DNA of 64,000 nucleotides from Candidatus Marinacidobacterales bacterium (GTDB taxonomy: Bacteria; Acidobacteriota; Vicinamibacteria; Marinacidobacterales; SMYC01): NCBI GenBank assembly GCA_965237955.1, contig OZ250169.1, positions 5,664,001 through 5,728,000 of the forward strand, given 5' to 3'. A program made the translations under genes and the position numbers. The notes beneath the pieces are model-generated. The model had not been told where the DNA came from and searched no databases. It was given only the letters and a program-made list of their open reading frames with translations. This document shows positions 29,955 through 41,400 of this stretch, piece after piece; position 1 is the stretch's first letter; each line of letters starts with the position of its first letter.

Positions 29955-31058
29955 GTGGCGGCCGAGGAGCTGGCGGGGCGGATTGGGCAGATGGCGGAAG
30001 CCTGCGAGGCTCTGGGTGTGGCTCGTTCCACGTTGTATCGAAGGCGCCGGCCGGTGACGTCCAAACCGAAGCGTCGTCCTCGGCCGCACCGAGCCCTCGA
30101 CGAGACCGAGCGCGAGGAGGTCCTCGGAACCTTGCACTGTGAGCGGTTCGTCGACAAGGCGCCCGCTGAGGTGTGGGCCACGCTCCTGGACGAGGGAATC
30201 TAATACTGCTCGATCCGCACGATGTATCGGATTCTGGCGGACAACGGAGAGGTCCGAGAGCGCCGGAACCAGCTGCGACATCTGAGTTATCAAAAGCCGG
30301 AGCTGCTGGCCGAAGCGCCGAACCAGGTTTGGTCGTGGGACATCACCAAGCTTCGTGGCCCGGTCAAGTGGACCTACTACTACCTCTATGTCATCCTCGA
30401 CATCTTCTCCCGCTACGTGGTTGGCTGGATGCTGGCTCACCGAGAAAGAGCGGCGCTCGCCCAACGCCTCATCGCCGAGAGCTGTCGCAAGCAGGACATT
30501 GAACCCGACCAGCTCACCCTTCACGCGGACCGTGGCAGCTCGATGAGAAGCAAGCCCGTGGCTCTGCTCCTGGCTGACCTCGGAGTTACCAAGACCCACT
30601 CCAGACCTTACATCTCGAACGACAATCCCTACTCCGAGTCCCAGTTCAAGACGATGAAGTACTGTCCTCAGTTTCCGAGCCGTTTTGGTTCCGCCGAAGA
30701 CGGCCGGCTGTTCTGCTGCGGTTTCTTCGACTACTACAACTACGAGCACCGGCACTCAGGAATCGGCTTCATGACGCCGGCCGACGTTCACTATGGTCGA
30801 GCCGAACAGCTCACCACCGCTCGGCGCCAGATCCTTCTCGAAGCTCATCGGACTCATCCCGAACGCTTCGTTCGCGGAACGTCACAACCTCCCGTTTTGC
30901 CTCCTCAGGCTTGGATCAACCCGCCGCCGGAGAAAACGACGCTCCTGGAGGCCGCACAAGCCAGTCTCGCGGCGGCGTCCATACCTGGGGCACCCCCTTT
31001 TTCTGCTCCACTAAACGAGATCTCGATCGATGCAGATGTGGACCGCACTGGCGTCACG
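29955..31058 (+). pseudogene. IS3 type A OrfB with nonsense mutation and 3' IS insertion
   Basis: TAC changed to TAA at 30201-30203 relative to copy 1; tail interrupted at 31059. Confidence 0.88.
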
Positions 31059-31108
31059 TGAACCGCCCCGGGTTTTCCGGAGACTCCAACTCTTGAGAGG
31101 ATGGAGTC

Positions 31109-32469
<1,361 letters not shown>

Positions 32470-32650
32470 AACAGTCTCCGGAAAACCCGGGGCGGTTCAC
32501 ACGAGCCTCCCGACGCTAATCGAGGCTCACTAAATGCAGCTCGCGAGTGTCTCAAAGTTGTTGACGCGTTCCGCGCGCGTCAAGGTTTCCCTCGCTTCGC
32601 TCGGCGCTTCGCGACCCTGACACAGGGGGACACGCACTGCGCGCCGGGGT

Positions 32651-32740
32651 GATTCGATGAGTGGGCGATGGGCGGACGGGGCGCCGGGCACCAGGTTGGG
32701 GCGTCGTGGCGTGGGTAACTGTGTCTGGACACAGTTGGTG
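32651..32740 (-). repeat. Inverted copy of the 3' end region of the HNH gene
   Basis: Reverse complement aligns with 37489-37593, terminal 23 nt 21/23 identical; contains palindrome AACTGTGTC-TG-GACACAGTT (32717-32736). Confidence 0.8.
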
Positions 32741-34088
32741 TGAACGCTCTCGAAAAAAAACAGAACAAAACGAATTGTGCAACCGCCTACATCGGTAACG
32801 AAACAGACCGGGCACATAGGTAACAGTTTGCGGTGTCGTGGATTCTCTTCGAGATCATTTCGGGCCTCGTCTTTTGTATGGCCTCTTGCTTCGTCGTTCG
32901 GGAGAAACTAGAAGCCCAAAGGCGCGATATCCACGGTCCCTGGCGTTTCGAACATCGAGAATCCCGAGAGGGACGGGACCGAAGTGAACCTTCCACCGGT
33001 CGTCATCGACTTGCTCGAGACCGACGCGCTCTGACTTTAGACAGCTGCTTATGTACCACTGCTTGGACTCAAAAGAGATCATTCCGTTGGGATAGGTTTG
33101 AGCGACGTAGAAGTGCTCCGGGTATTCGATTTGCGGGAGCTGACGAGGGTAGGGGCGGTTCGAGGGCTGATAGCGAGATGCAGGAACCTCCTGACCAAGT
33201 GCCTCATGCGGGCGGATTTCGTTGTATTCCTCCCGGAACCGATCGAATGCCCGTTGCTGTGCTCGAAAGCTCGCTCGGGGCGGTTTAGCCGTCTCTGACT
33301 TCAAGGTGCTGTGCATCCGTTCATGTCTTCCGTTTTGATCGGGTCGGCCGGGCTGAATCCGCTCAGGACGGATTCCGAGACGAATCCACCAAACAGCAAG
33401 TCTGGACAGTCCTCCTGGCGCAAGAGTCGAGAACGGCGCTCCGTTGTCGGTTCGAATCGCGTCCGGCAGACCGTATGCTCGAAATACCGATTCGAATATC
33501 TTCCGTGTCGGCTTGAACAATGGCCGGTGAAGACCCTGACAGGCAAATAAATAGCGACTGCATCCGTCGCTCACGGTCAAGGGGTGACAACGCTCCCCTG
33601 CAACCGGAAAATGTCCCTTGAAGTCGGCACACCACACCGCATTGGGGCTCCCGTAGTCGCCCAGACGATCGCCATACGGAGAGCTTCGGCGTATCCGCCG
33701 CCGCTTCTGGATGAGCCCATTCTTACGCAGAACCTCTCCGATCGTGCTCGTCGCCGGCAGCGCGAGCTGCGGATAGTGCCGTTGCAGGATGACACGCAAC
33801 TTGCGCGGTCCCCAACGCGGGTGTTTCTTCCGGGCTCTCAGAATCTTTTCCACCACGTCGTCCGCGACAGCGTGAGGATGCGACAAAGGGGCGCGAGAAC
33901 GCTCTTCCAGACCTGCGACCCCATCCAACTCGTAACGTTCGACCCACTTGTAGCCAGTCTTTCGGCTCACCCCAAACCGTTCGCACAGGGCACTGAACGG
34001 CTCCCCAGCTTCAAGGTGTCAACGCCGGCCGAAAACTGCGCATTCATGGCGGATGAAAATTGCACACCCGAGCCATGGGTGGCGAACC

Positions 34089-34928
34089 CTATGACGCCGT
34101 CGCCTCCGTGTATTTCCTATGAGATTTAGCCGGCGGGTGAGGTTCGTCCGAACCTGCCGGATGGAGCGCTCGCCACAGTTCGGAGTGCTCTCTCATGCGG
34201 TAACTGTTTCCTCGGATGTTGACGAGGTGGCAGTGGTGCAGAATGCGGTCGATGAGAGCGGCGGCCATGACTTCGTCGCCAAGGATCTCGCCCCATTCCT
34301 CGAAACTTTTGTTAGAGGTGAGCACGGTCGAAGCGCGCTCGTATCGCCTACTTATGAGCTGGAAAAAAAGCACCGCGCCGGTCTGGGTGACGGGTAGGTA
34401 TCCGATTTCATCGACAACAAGCAGTGACGGATAACTGAGAACCGCGAGTCGACGAGTGAGGCGGCCCGCGTCACGAGCCTCTTCGAGGGAGGTGATGAGC
34501 TTAGCCAGGGTGCCGTAATAGACGCGCCGTCCATTCTGGGCAGCGGCGATGGCAAGACTAATCGCGAGATGAGTTTTGCCCACACCAGGAGGTCCCAATA
34601 AGACGACGTTCTCCTTACGTTCAACGAACCCGAGCTCGTGAAGGTTCTCAATCTGCTCGCGTTTGATCGATGGCTGGAACGAAAAATCGAACTCATCGAT
34701 TGTTTTGACCGCGGGGAGTCGTGAGGAGCGCATCGCCGCTTGGAGACGACGGTTGTTTCTCAACGTGATCTGCGCTCCAAGAAGGTTCTCGATGGCCTCC
34801 GCCGTTGTGACCGCACCGCCATCGGCATCAGATAGTACGCGGTCGACAGCTTCGAGCGCGCCAGGCATCTTTAGGTCGGCCAGCATCGTACGGATCTGCT
34901 CACGTCGCGATATTGTGCTCGCCTTCAT
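34089..34928 (-). CDS. istB: IS21 helper ATPase IstB
   Basis: FDFSFQPS, GPPGVGKTHLA, VVDEIGY, TSNK, AALIDRILHH. Confidence 0.95.
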   Translation of the reverse strand: MKASTISRREQIRTMLADLKMPGALEAVDRVLSDADGGAVTTAEAIENLLGAQITLRNNRRLQAAMRSSRLPAVKTIDEFDFSFQPSIKREQIENLHELGFVERKENVVLLGPPGVGKTHLAISLAIAAAQNGRRVYYGTLAKLITSLEEARDAGRLTRRLAVLSYPSLLVVDEIGYLPVTQTGAVLFFQLISRRYERASTVLTSNKSFEEWGEILGDEVMAAALIDRILHHCHLVNIRGNSYRMREHSELWRALHPAGSDEPHPPAKSHRKYTEATAS

Positions 34929-35968
34929 TGTCCACCTCCAACGAGCCGCGTGTAGACTTCGAGGGGACGATGCTCGACATCCATCGAAGGCAGTGTGGTT
35001 AAGCAGGCTTTTGGAGTTCTTCTCGCGGGTTGGTTTGGCAGTACAAGAGAGCGATATGGCCGCTCAACGAGCGGTCTCAGAGTGGCCCTTTCATCGCGCG
35101 CGAATCGTTCTATCGGTCGTTCGTTGGTTGTGCGATGGAGTCGGACGTTGGCGACGTCACTCAGCCAACGCTCGAGCTGAGCATCGAGGTCGTCATCGTT
35201 GATAAAGTGGCGACCGTAGAAGAAGCTTCCTCTCACATAGCGGATTGGCCTTTCCACTTTGCCCTTGGTCTTCGCCCGATACGGGCGACACGCTCTTGTT
35301 CGAAACTCCCAGTGGTGGGCGAAGCGGACGAACTCTGGGTTCTCAACGAGAGGGCCACCTTCCCGGCGGTGATCCTCGACGATGACCGAACGCATCTGGT
35401 CAAAAAGGAGCTCTTTGGGAACTCCTCCAAAAAATAGGAAGGCCTGCTCAAGCCCCGCGAACAACGTCCGCATGTCCTGTCGCTTGAAAAACCGAAGCCA
35501 TAGCAGCCTCGAGTATCCGAGCACCACGAGAAGTGCCCACCGACGACCCCATGGCAAACGAAAGTGTGCAAAATCGACCTGAGCTTGGTGGCCTGGTGGG
35601 GTCTCGAAACGCACCAGCGGCTCCGCCGGTGGCTGTGGGCGAATCTGCCGCACGTACTCCTTGACCTGCGTGTAGCCGCCTTCATAGCCCGCGGCACGGA
35701 TCTCATCATGCAGGCGTACTGAACTCAGCTCCGGGAACTCGTGCAGGCGCGAATGAAGGATCTCCCGGTACGGGTCGATCCTGCGCTCGATCCGCGGACG
35801 CTTCTTGTAGCGCACCGTTTCCTCGTCCAACTCTCGGTCCAGTTGACCCGTCTTTATCCAGTGGTGGACCGTTCGGCGGCTGATTCCTAGCTTGTCTGCT
35901 AGCGCCGCCTTCTTGATTCCCTGCTCCAAATACTCTCGTAGTAACACTCGTTTCTCCCTTCCGTACAT
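34925..35968 (-). CDS. istA: IS21 transposase IstA
   Basis: RFETPPGHQAQVDF, LGYSR, FDQM, KTKGKVER. Confidence 0.94.
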   Translation of the reverse strand: MYGREKRVLLREYLEQGIKKAALADKLGISRRTVHHWIKTGQLDRELDEETVRYKKRPRIERRIDPYREILHSRLHEFPELSSVRLHDEIRAAGYEGGYTQVKEYVRQIRPQPPAEPLVRFETPPGHQAQVDFAHFRLPWGRRWALLVVLGYSRLLWLRFFKRQDMRTLFAGLEQAFLFFGGVPKELLFDQMRSVIVEDHRREGGPLVENPEFVRFAHHWEFRTRACRPYRAKTKGKVERPIRYVRGSFFYGRHFINDDDLDAQLERWLSDVANVRLHRTTNERPIERFARDERATLRPLVERPYRSLVLPNQPARRTPKACLTTLPSMDVEHRPLEVYTRLVGGGQ

Positions 35969-36423
35969 CGGCGCCTCCACTCCGGAAACGCCATTCTGAT
36001 TGAAGGCGCGCCGTCATGTCTGGCACTCCAGACACACGACAACGGCCTCCTTTTACGGATGGCCGAGTGTGCAATTTTCGCCCGCCGCTAACACAAGGCG
36101 CGCAGCGATGAATCTCACTCGTCCATTCATGCAATTCGTCTCGTCCCACGGCATCGGCCACCTCCCTGGTAAAGGGATTGTCACCCATGTCGCCGGTCTG
36201 TTTTGTCACCAATGTACCCGGTCCGGACCAATTATTTGCTTGACAGCTTTTTGGAAGCGCTTTGGAAAAAAGCGTAGGTGCGCTCTGTCGTGCGGCTGTA
36301 CGTGCGTTAGAGGCACGATGGTCGCCTTGTCTTCGTCGTCGAGACTTTGAAAGAGGGTTGACGTCTCGGCGCTTCGCACACGCGAAATGCGAGCGACGAA
36401 AAAGTCCATGCTATAAGAAACAG

Positions 36424-37518
36424 ATGAACGACCAAAACGATTTGAAATCACTTTCCGACGACGAGTTGCTTCGTTGTTTGTCCGAGGCGTTGGCGCAGTC
36501 GCGACGAGTGGAGTGGGTTCTTGTCGCACACATTGCCGAAGTCGATGCGCGACGACTTTATGCAAGTGAAGGATCGCCTTCGATGTTTCAATACTGCCTC
36601 GAGGTCTTGCATTTGTCAGAGTCGGAAGCCTATCGACGCATCGCGGCGGCTCGCCTCTCCCGCAGCTATCCTGTGCTCCTAGAAATGCTCGAGGATGGAC
36701 GCATTCACTTGGCCGGTATCGCAGTACCGAGAAAGCATCTAACGGACGCCAACTACGAAGACGTTTTGGCTCGAGCCACTCACAAGACTAAACGTGAGCT
36801 CGAAGAGCTCGTGGCCGAGTTGGCGCCGAAGGCTGATGTTCCTCCGACGATTCGAAAGCGGTCACAACGCAAAGCCGAGTCCGAGCCATTGAAATTGAGC
36901 TCGTCGAGTCAACTGTGTCCGGGAACAGTTTTAACAAAGACATCGGCAGCGAAGCCACAGCCGGCCCCTGACAAGTTGACAAGCCGGGCAACCGTCAAAC
37001 CACTGTCACCTGCGCGCTACAAAGTGACGTTCACGGCGAGCGAGGAGCTCCGCGACAAACTCGAGCGGCTCCAAGCACTCATACCCGGCGGCGACCTCGC
37101 TTCCATCATCGACGCGGCCGTGAGCGAGAAACTCGAACGTCTCGAAGCCAAACGCTATGGCAGGACGAACAAGTCGAGAAAAAACCTCGAAGACGCCGAC
37201 ACCTCACCGGGCGTGCGCGGCATCTCCGCTGCGGTGAAACGCGCCGTCTGGGCGCGCGATCGGGGTCAATGTACCTTCCTCAACGCCCGGGGCAAACGCT
37301 GCCCGGAGTGCCACCGGCTCGAGTTCCACCACGACGAACCCTACGGGCTAGGTGGAGATCGAAGCGTGGACAACGTACGACTGGCGTGCCCGGCTCTCAA
37401 CGCCTACATGCCTGAGCTTGACTACGGTAAGGAGAAAATGGACCGGCACCGGCGCTCGGCCGAGAGAGTCGGCGAACCTCAGCCCACGCTCGAGCTCTGC
37501 CTGGACAAAGTTGCCTGA
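36424..37518 (+). CDS. DUF222-like/HNH endonuclease-domain protein
   Basis: LSDDELL...HIAEVDARRLY...SMFQYC...LSESEAYRRI N-domain; C-terminal VWARDRGQC...RC...LEFHH..PY..GG...DNVRLAC. ATG 36424 follows a TGCTATAA extended -10-like motif. Confidence 0.8.
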   Translation: MNDQNDLKSLSDDELLRCLSEALAQSRRVEWVLVAHIAEVDARRLYASEGSPSMFQYCLEVLHLSESEAYRRIAAARLSRSYPVLLEMLEDGRIHLAGIAVPRKHLTDANYEDVLARATHKTKRELEELVAELAPKADVPPTIRKRSQRKAESEPLKLSSSSQLCPGTVLTKTSAAKPQPAPDKLTSRATVKPLSPARYKVTFTASEELRDKLERLQALIPGGDLASIIDAAVSEKLERLEAKRYGRTNKSRKNLEDADTSPGVRGISAAVKRAVWARDRGQCTFLNARGKRCPECHRLEFHHDEPYGLGGDRSVDNVRLACPALNAYMPELDYGKEKMDRHRRSAERVGEPQPTLELCLDKVA

Positions 37519-37593
37519 AACACACCGCCCGCGCACGACAGCCACCAAACCGCGTGCCCGCGTGCCTCGAGCCCATCGCCCACATATCGAATC

Positions 37594-37776
37594 GTTACGG
37601 TTCTTGCCCCATACTCGCAGCGGTAGGTCCTCCGTCACGAGTGGACTGAGATCAACGATCCTATTGGGCAGTGGAGCCTGGGTCAGGCTCTCATTGGTTG
37701 GCTGATCCTCGGGGCTGGTACAGCTGAGACAGGCGGTCGCCGTGCAAGATATGAAGATCGTCCAGAGTTTCTTCAT
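37594..37776 (-). pseudogene. Truncated N-terminus of a cyclase-family (kynurenine formamidase-like) lipoprotein
   Basis: RBS AAGGAG, signal peptide with LSC, RIVDLSPLVTEDLPLRVWG, then runs straight into the HNH-associated repeat at 37593. Confidence 0.55.
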
Positions 37777-37814
37777 CGGTATCTCCTTGTGCGGCCTACG
37801 ACGAGCGTGGCTTC

Positions 37815-39020
37815 TCACGACTCTTCTTGCAGGATGGCGCCCGCTAGTTTGGCCACCCGGTAGAAGTAGTTCGCGCCTATCGGTAGCACTGCTTCGTCGA
37901 AGTCGAATTTGCTCGAGTGTGCCGGGTAGCCTTCGCGGCCTTTTTCGCGGGCGCCGAAGCGTGCGTAGCAACCGCGGATCTTCTCCATGTAGTACGAGAA
38001 GTCTTCACCGCCCATGTTGGGAGTATGGAGCGGCACTGCGTAGTCGGACCCGACGACGTTGCTCGCGGCGCGGCGGGCGATGTCTGCCATCGCTGGTGGA
38101 TTGATGACGGGGGGGACGCCTTCTTGTACCCTCATCGAGATCTCGGCATTGTGGAGCTGGCTGACGGCATCGCAAATGCGCTTCAAAGACGCGACGACGT
38201 GATCGCGAACGCTCTTTTCCTGTGCGCGGATGGTGCCTTCGAGCTCGGCTCGACCGGCGATGACGTTCGGAGCCGTGCCCGCGTCGAATCGCCCCACGGT
38301 CACCACCGACGGGTACGCCGGGTTGACCTCGCGGGAAACGATCGTCTGGATCGCCATCACCAGGAGCGAGCCGACCACGACGGAGTCGACGCTCTCATGG
38401 GGTCTCGCTGCGTGTCCGCCCTGACCACGGATATCGATCCGAAACGAGTCGGTCGACGCATTCACCGCGCCCGCGTGGGTGACGATCGCGCCCGTCGGGT
38501 AATGCCTGTCGACGTGTCCACCGAAGATCATCGACACGTTGTCGAGAGCGCCTTCTGCGATCATCGCTTTGGCGCCGGCGCCGCGCTCTTCGGCGGGTTG
38601 GAACAAAAGACGCACCGGCGCGGGCAAGTCGCCGTCGCGCGCGAGAAGCTCGGCGGCGCCGAGAACCATGGTCGTGTGCCCATCGTGGCCGCACGCGTGC
38701 ATCACTCCATCGTTCTCGGACGCGAACGCTAGACCGGTTTCCTCGTGGATCGGCAGCGCGTCGATGTCGGCGCGGAGCGCGACCTTTTTGGAATCGTCTC
38801 CCTGGCCCGGGATGTCAGCCACGATTCCGGTGTGAGCGACACCGCTTTGATACCGAATGCCCAATCCGTCGAGCTCCTTGCAGATGCGCTCCGCGGTGCG
38901 CGTCTCTTGGAAAGCGAGCTCGGGATGTTGGTGTAAGTCCCTTCGGAAAGCGACCAGTCGCTCCCGTAGCTCTTTGTCGTCGCTAGTGGACCTGGTGGAC
39001 TTGCCGGCCTTCGTGCTCAC
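37815..39020 (-). CDS. M20D amidohydrolase (HipO/AbgB-like)
   Basis: RRDLHQHPELAFQE, LRADIDALP, MHACGHDGH, FQPAEE, GGHAARPH, MGGEDFS. Confidence 0.93.
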   Translation of the reverse strand: MSTKAGKSTRSTSDDKELRERLVAFRRDLHQHPELAFQETRTAERICKELDGLGIRYQSGVAHTGIVADIPGQGDDSKKVALRADIDALPIHEETGLAFASENDGVMHACGHDGHTTMVLGAAELLARDGDLPAPVRLLFQPAEERGAGAKAMIAEGALDNVSMIFGGHVDRHYPTGAIVTHAGAVNASTDSFRIDIRGQGGHAARPHESVDSVVVGSLLVMAIQTIVSREVNPAYPSVVTVGRFDAGTAPNVIAGRAELEGTIRAQEKSVRDHVVASLKRICDAVSQLHNAEISMRVQEGVPPVINPPAMADIARRAASNVVGSDYAVPLHTPNMGGEDFSYYMEKIRGCYARFGAREKGREGYPAHSSKFDFDEAVLPIGANYFYRVAKLAGAILQEES

Positions 39021-39039
39021 GCGAAGTGCTCCTAGAGGT

Positions 39040-40044
39040 TTAGAGGGCTCCGACTTCTTGCAACAGCGCAAGAGTGCCTTCGAGATCGTCGAGCTCGCTC
39101 AGATCGATGTCGGGGGTCTTGATCTCGGATAGGGGAGTGATGAGCGAGTGGGTGGCGACGCCGTCGGCGAGTGGGTACTCGAACGTGTCCGTGGCGAAAT
39201 AGCTTTGCGCTTCCTCGGAAAGCAGATACTCGATGAAGCGCTCCGCGGTCTCGAGATGAGGCGACGTGTCGACGATACCGGCCCCGGCAATGTTGACGAG
39301 CGCACCCGGTCCGCCGCCCCGGGGGCTATAGTTCTTCACCGGCACAACGTTACTCGTCCCTTCGAGGAAGCGGAACAAGTAGTAGTGGTTGGTCAGCCCC
39401 ACGTCGATCTCGCCGCTCAAGACGGCCTCGAACAATGGAGTATTGTCGCGATAGGCCTTCGGCTCGTTGGCAACCATCCCCTGAAGCCAATTTCTCGTCG
39501 CCTCTTCGCCGTCGACGACGCGCATCGCCGTCACGAATGTCTGGAACGAGCCATTCGTGGGAGCCCAGCCGAGGCGACCTTTCCAGCGAGGATCGGTCAG
39601 CTCGACGACGGCGTCGGGAAGCTCCTCCGCGGTGAGCACCGAAGTGTTGTACGCGAGCACCCGGGCTCGGCCCGATGTGCCCACCCAGCGACCGTCCCCG
39701 GCGCGAAACCTGTCGTCGACTCGCTCCAGAAGGGAAGGAGGGAGCTCGCGCAAGCGTTTCTGTTTGGCGAGGGCCCCGAGTGCGCCCGCGTCTTGACCGT
39801 AGTAGACGTCGGCGGTGGTCTCGTCGCCCTCATCGAGGATCGTTGCCGCCATCTGCGCAGAGCCGCCGTAGCGCACGTCGACGACGGTTCCGGTCGCCGC
39901 CTCGAATTTGTCGATGACGGGCTGGACGAGCGCCTCGCTCCTTCCCGAATAGACGGTCAACGTTGGGGCCGGCGGAGGTGCCCCGCAGGCGTGGACAATA
40001 AATCCGGCGAATCCGGCGCAGAGAATAACGGCTTTTCTCGACAT
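39040..40044 (-). CDS. Iron(III) ABC transporter substrate-binding lipoprotein (FutA/FbpA-like)
   Basis: Lipobox VHAC, LTVYSGR, SGRARVLAYN, NHYY, FEYPL. Confidence 0.88.
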   Translation of the reverse strand: MSRKAVILCAGFAGFIVHACGAPPPAPTLTVYSGRSEALVQPVIDKFEAATGTVVDVRYGGSAQMAATILDEGDETTADVYYGQDAGALGALAKQKRLRELPPSLLERVDDRFRAGDGRWVGTSGRARVLAYNTSVLTAEELPDAVVELTDPRWKGRLGWAPTNGSFQTFVTAMRVVDGEEATRNWLQGMVANEPKAYRDNTPLFEAVLSGEIDVGLTNHYYLFRFLEGTSNVVPVKNYSPRGGGPGALVNIAGAGIVDTSPHLETAERFIEYLLSEEAQSYFATDTFEYPLADGVATHSLITPLSEIKTPDIDLSELDDLEGTLALLQEVGAL

Positions 40045-40128
40045 TTGTCTGGTGAAGGTTAGCACGGTCTTGGACTGGGTCTTGGTCTTGTTACTGAGCG
40101 CGGTCAGAGCTACGATGCTTCTTTGGAC

Positions 40129-41319
40129 ATGCACGCTGGCCAGCCCTCTAGTATTTACGAACTCATCGAGAGCGAGCTGAAACCGCATTTCGAAGCGCTT
40201 TCTCTCTGTAGGTCTACGCCGGAGCTCCGTTCCCATCCGTTGTACCGGTCTCTCGAGCCGGCGGTGTCCAAAGTTCTGAACACCCCGGACGTGGGGAGTT
40301 TTGCGCCGGTCGAGGGCGATGCCGAGGCCGAGCCCAAGCAGCGCTATCGCGTGCTCGCGTGGAACCTCGAGCGCGGGATCGAGCTCGAAGGCCAGCTGGA
40401 TGCGTGCCGACGGCACCCGTATTTGCAAGAGGTGGATCTGTTCCTGCTCACCGAGACGGACGTCGGGATGGCGCGCTCCGGCAATCGTGCTGTCGCGCAA
40501 ACCATGGCCCAAGAGCTCGGCTTACACTATGCGTTCGCGCCTTGCTACTTGAATCTCGCCAAAGGCTCGGGCGTCGAGTACGACGTTTCCGGTGAGAATC
40601 ACCTCGGCCTCCACGGGAACGCGATTTTGAGCCGTTACCCGCTCGCGAACGCCCGCGGCATTGCGCTCGAAAACGGCAAGGACAAAATGGCGGGGCGGGA
40701 GAAGCGGCTGGGGAATCAAACAGCGCTCGCGGTGGACGTTGCGCTTCCGGGGCTGCCGCTCACCGCCGTCGCGGTTCACCTCGATGCGCAATCGCGGCAG
40801 CGACACCGCCGCGATCAGATGCGCGACGTGCTCGACGGTCTGCCCGATGACACTCGTGCAATCATCGGTGGTGACTGGAACACGACGACTCACAACTCTT
40901 CTCGCGCGTTCTACGCCATCATGGGCTACTGGCTGCGCGTGTTCATGGGCATCGACCGCTCCATCGATCACTACCTCCATCCGCATCGCACCTTCGAAAA
41001 AGGGCTCTTCGAGCTGTTGGAGCGCCGCGGCTTCGACTACCGTCGCTGCAACGAGCTCGGCGAGCGCACGATGTCCTACGACGTGGACTGCGACAAAACG
41101 CGACAAAATCTCGGAGAGTGGGTGCCCGGATGGTGCTTCGCCTTCATTCGCTGGGCCCTCCGGAATCACGAAGGACGATGTCCTATGAAGGTGGATTGGT
41201 TCGCCGCGCGTGGTCTCGAGACCGAGAGCCCGATGGTGATCCACGAGCTTCGTGAGGGGCGCAAGGTGCCGTTGTCGGACCACGACGCCATCGGCATTGA
41301 TCTTGTCCTCGACGGGTGA
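40129..41319 (+). CDS. Endonuclease/exonuclease/phosphatase family protein
   Basis: AWNLERG, LTETD, GNAILSRYP, HLD, GGDWNT, SDH. Confidence 0.88.
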   Translation: MHAGQPSSIYELIESELKPHFEALSLCRSTPELRSHPLYRSLEPAVSKVLNTPDVGSFAPVEGDAEAEPKQRYRVLAWNLERGIELEGQLDACRRHPYLQEVDLFLLTETDVGMARSGNRAVAQTMAQELGLHYAFAPCYLNLAKGSGVEYDVSGENHLGLHGNAILSRYPLANARGIALENGKDKMAGREKRLGNQTALAVDVALPGLPLTAVAVHLDAQSRQRHRRDQMRDVLDGLPDDTRAIIGGDWNTTTHNSSRAFYAIMGYWLRVFMGIDRSIDHYLHPHRTFEKGLFELLERRGFDYRRCNELGERTMSYDVDCDKTRQNLGEWVPGWCFAFIRWALRNHEGRCPMKVDWFAARGLETESPMVIHELREGRKVPLSDHDAIGIDLVLDG

Positions 41320-41400
41320 GCGGATATCGAGAAAGAAATCGCCTAGCGCGATAGAGCCTGATACACTTCGCCTATCGATGCACACGGAAAAGGAGCGTTC

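Larger units (their letters stand above)
34017..36093 (-). mobile_element. IS21-family element
   Basis: TGTCAACGCCGG...CCGCTAACA ends with internal repeats; 5 bp TSD CAAGG at 34012-34016 and 36094-36098. Confidence 0.93.
32855..36154 (-). pseudogene. IS481 transposase split by IS21
   Basis: MPWDETNCMNGRVRFIAARL (ATG 36154, RBS GGAGG) continues as EAGEPFSALCERFGVSRKTGYKW below 34016; WCADFKG, RTDNGAPF, QNGRHERMH. Confidence 0.9.
32777..36229 (-). mobile_element. IS481-family element interrupted by IS21
   Basis: Tandem subterminal TGT(C/T)ACCxATGT-type motifs at both ends; possible AATT duplication (32773-32776, 36230-36233); exact ends uncertain by 1-2 bp. Confidence 0.8.

Noticed and set aside
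39040-40512. Long N-terminal extensions on the iron-binding protein, metG (to 47637), exeA (from 14184) and HNH (from 36262) ORFs
   Set aside because: The extensions overlap neighbouring opposite-strand genes or leaders; recognisable domains begin at downstream starts.
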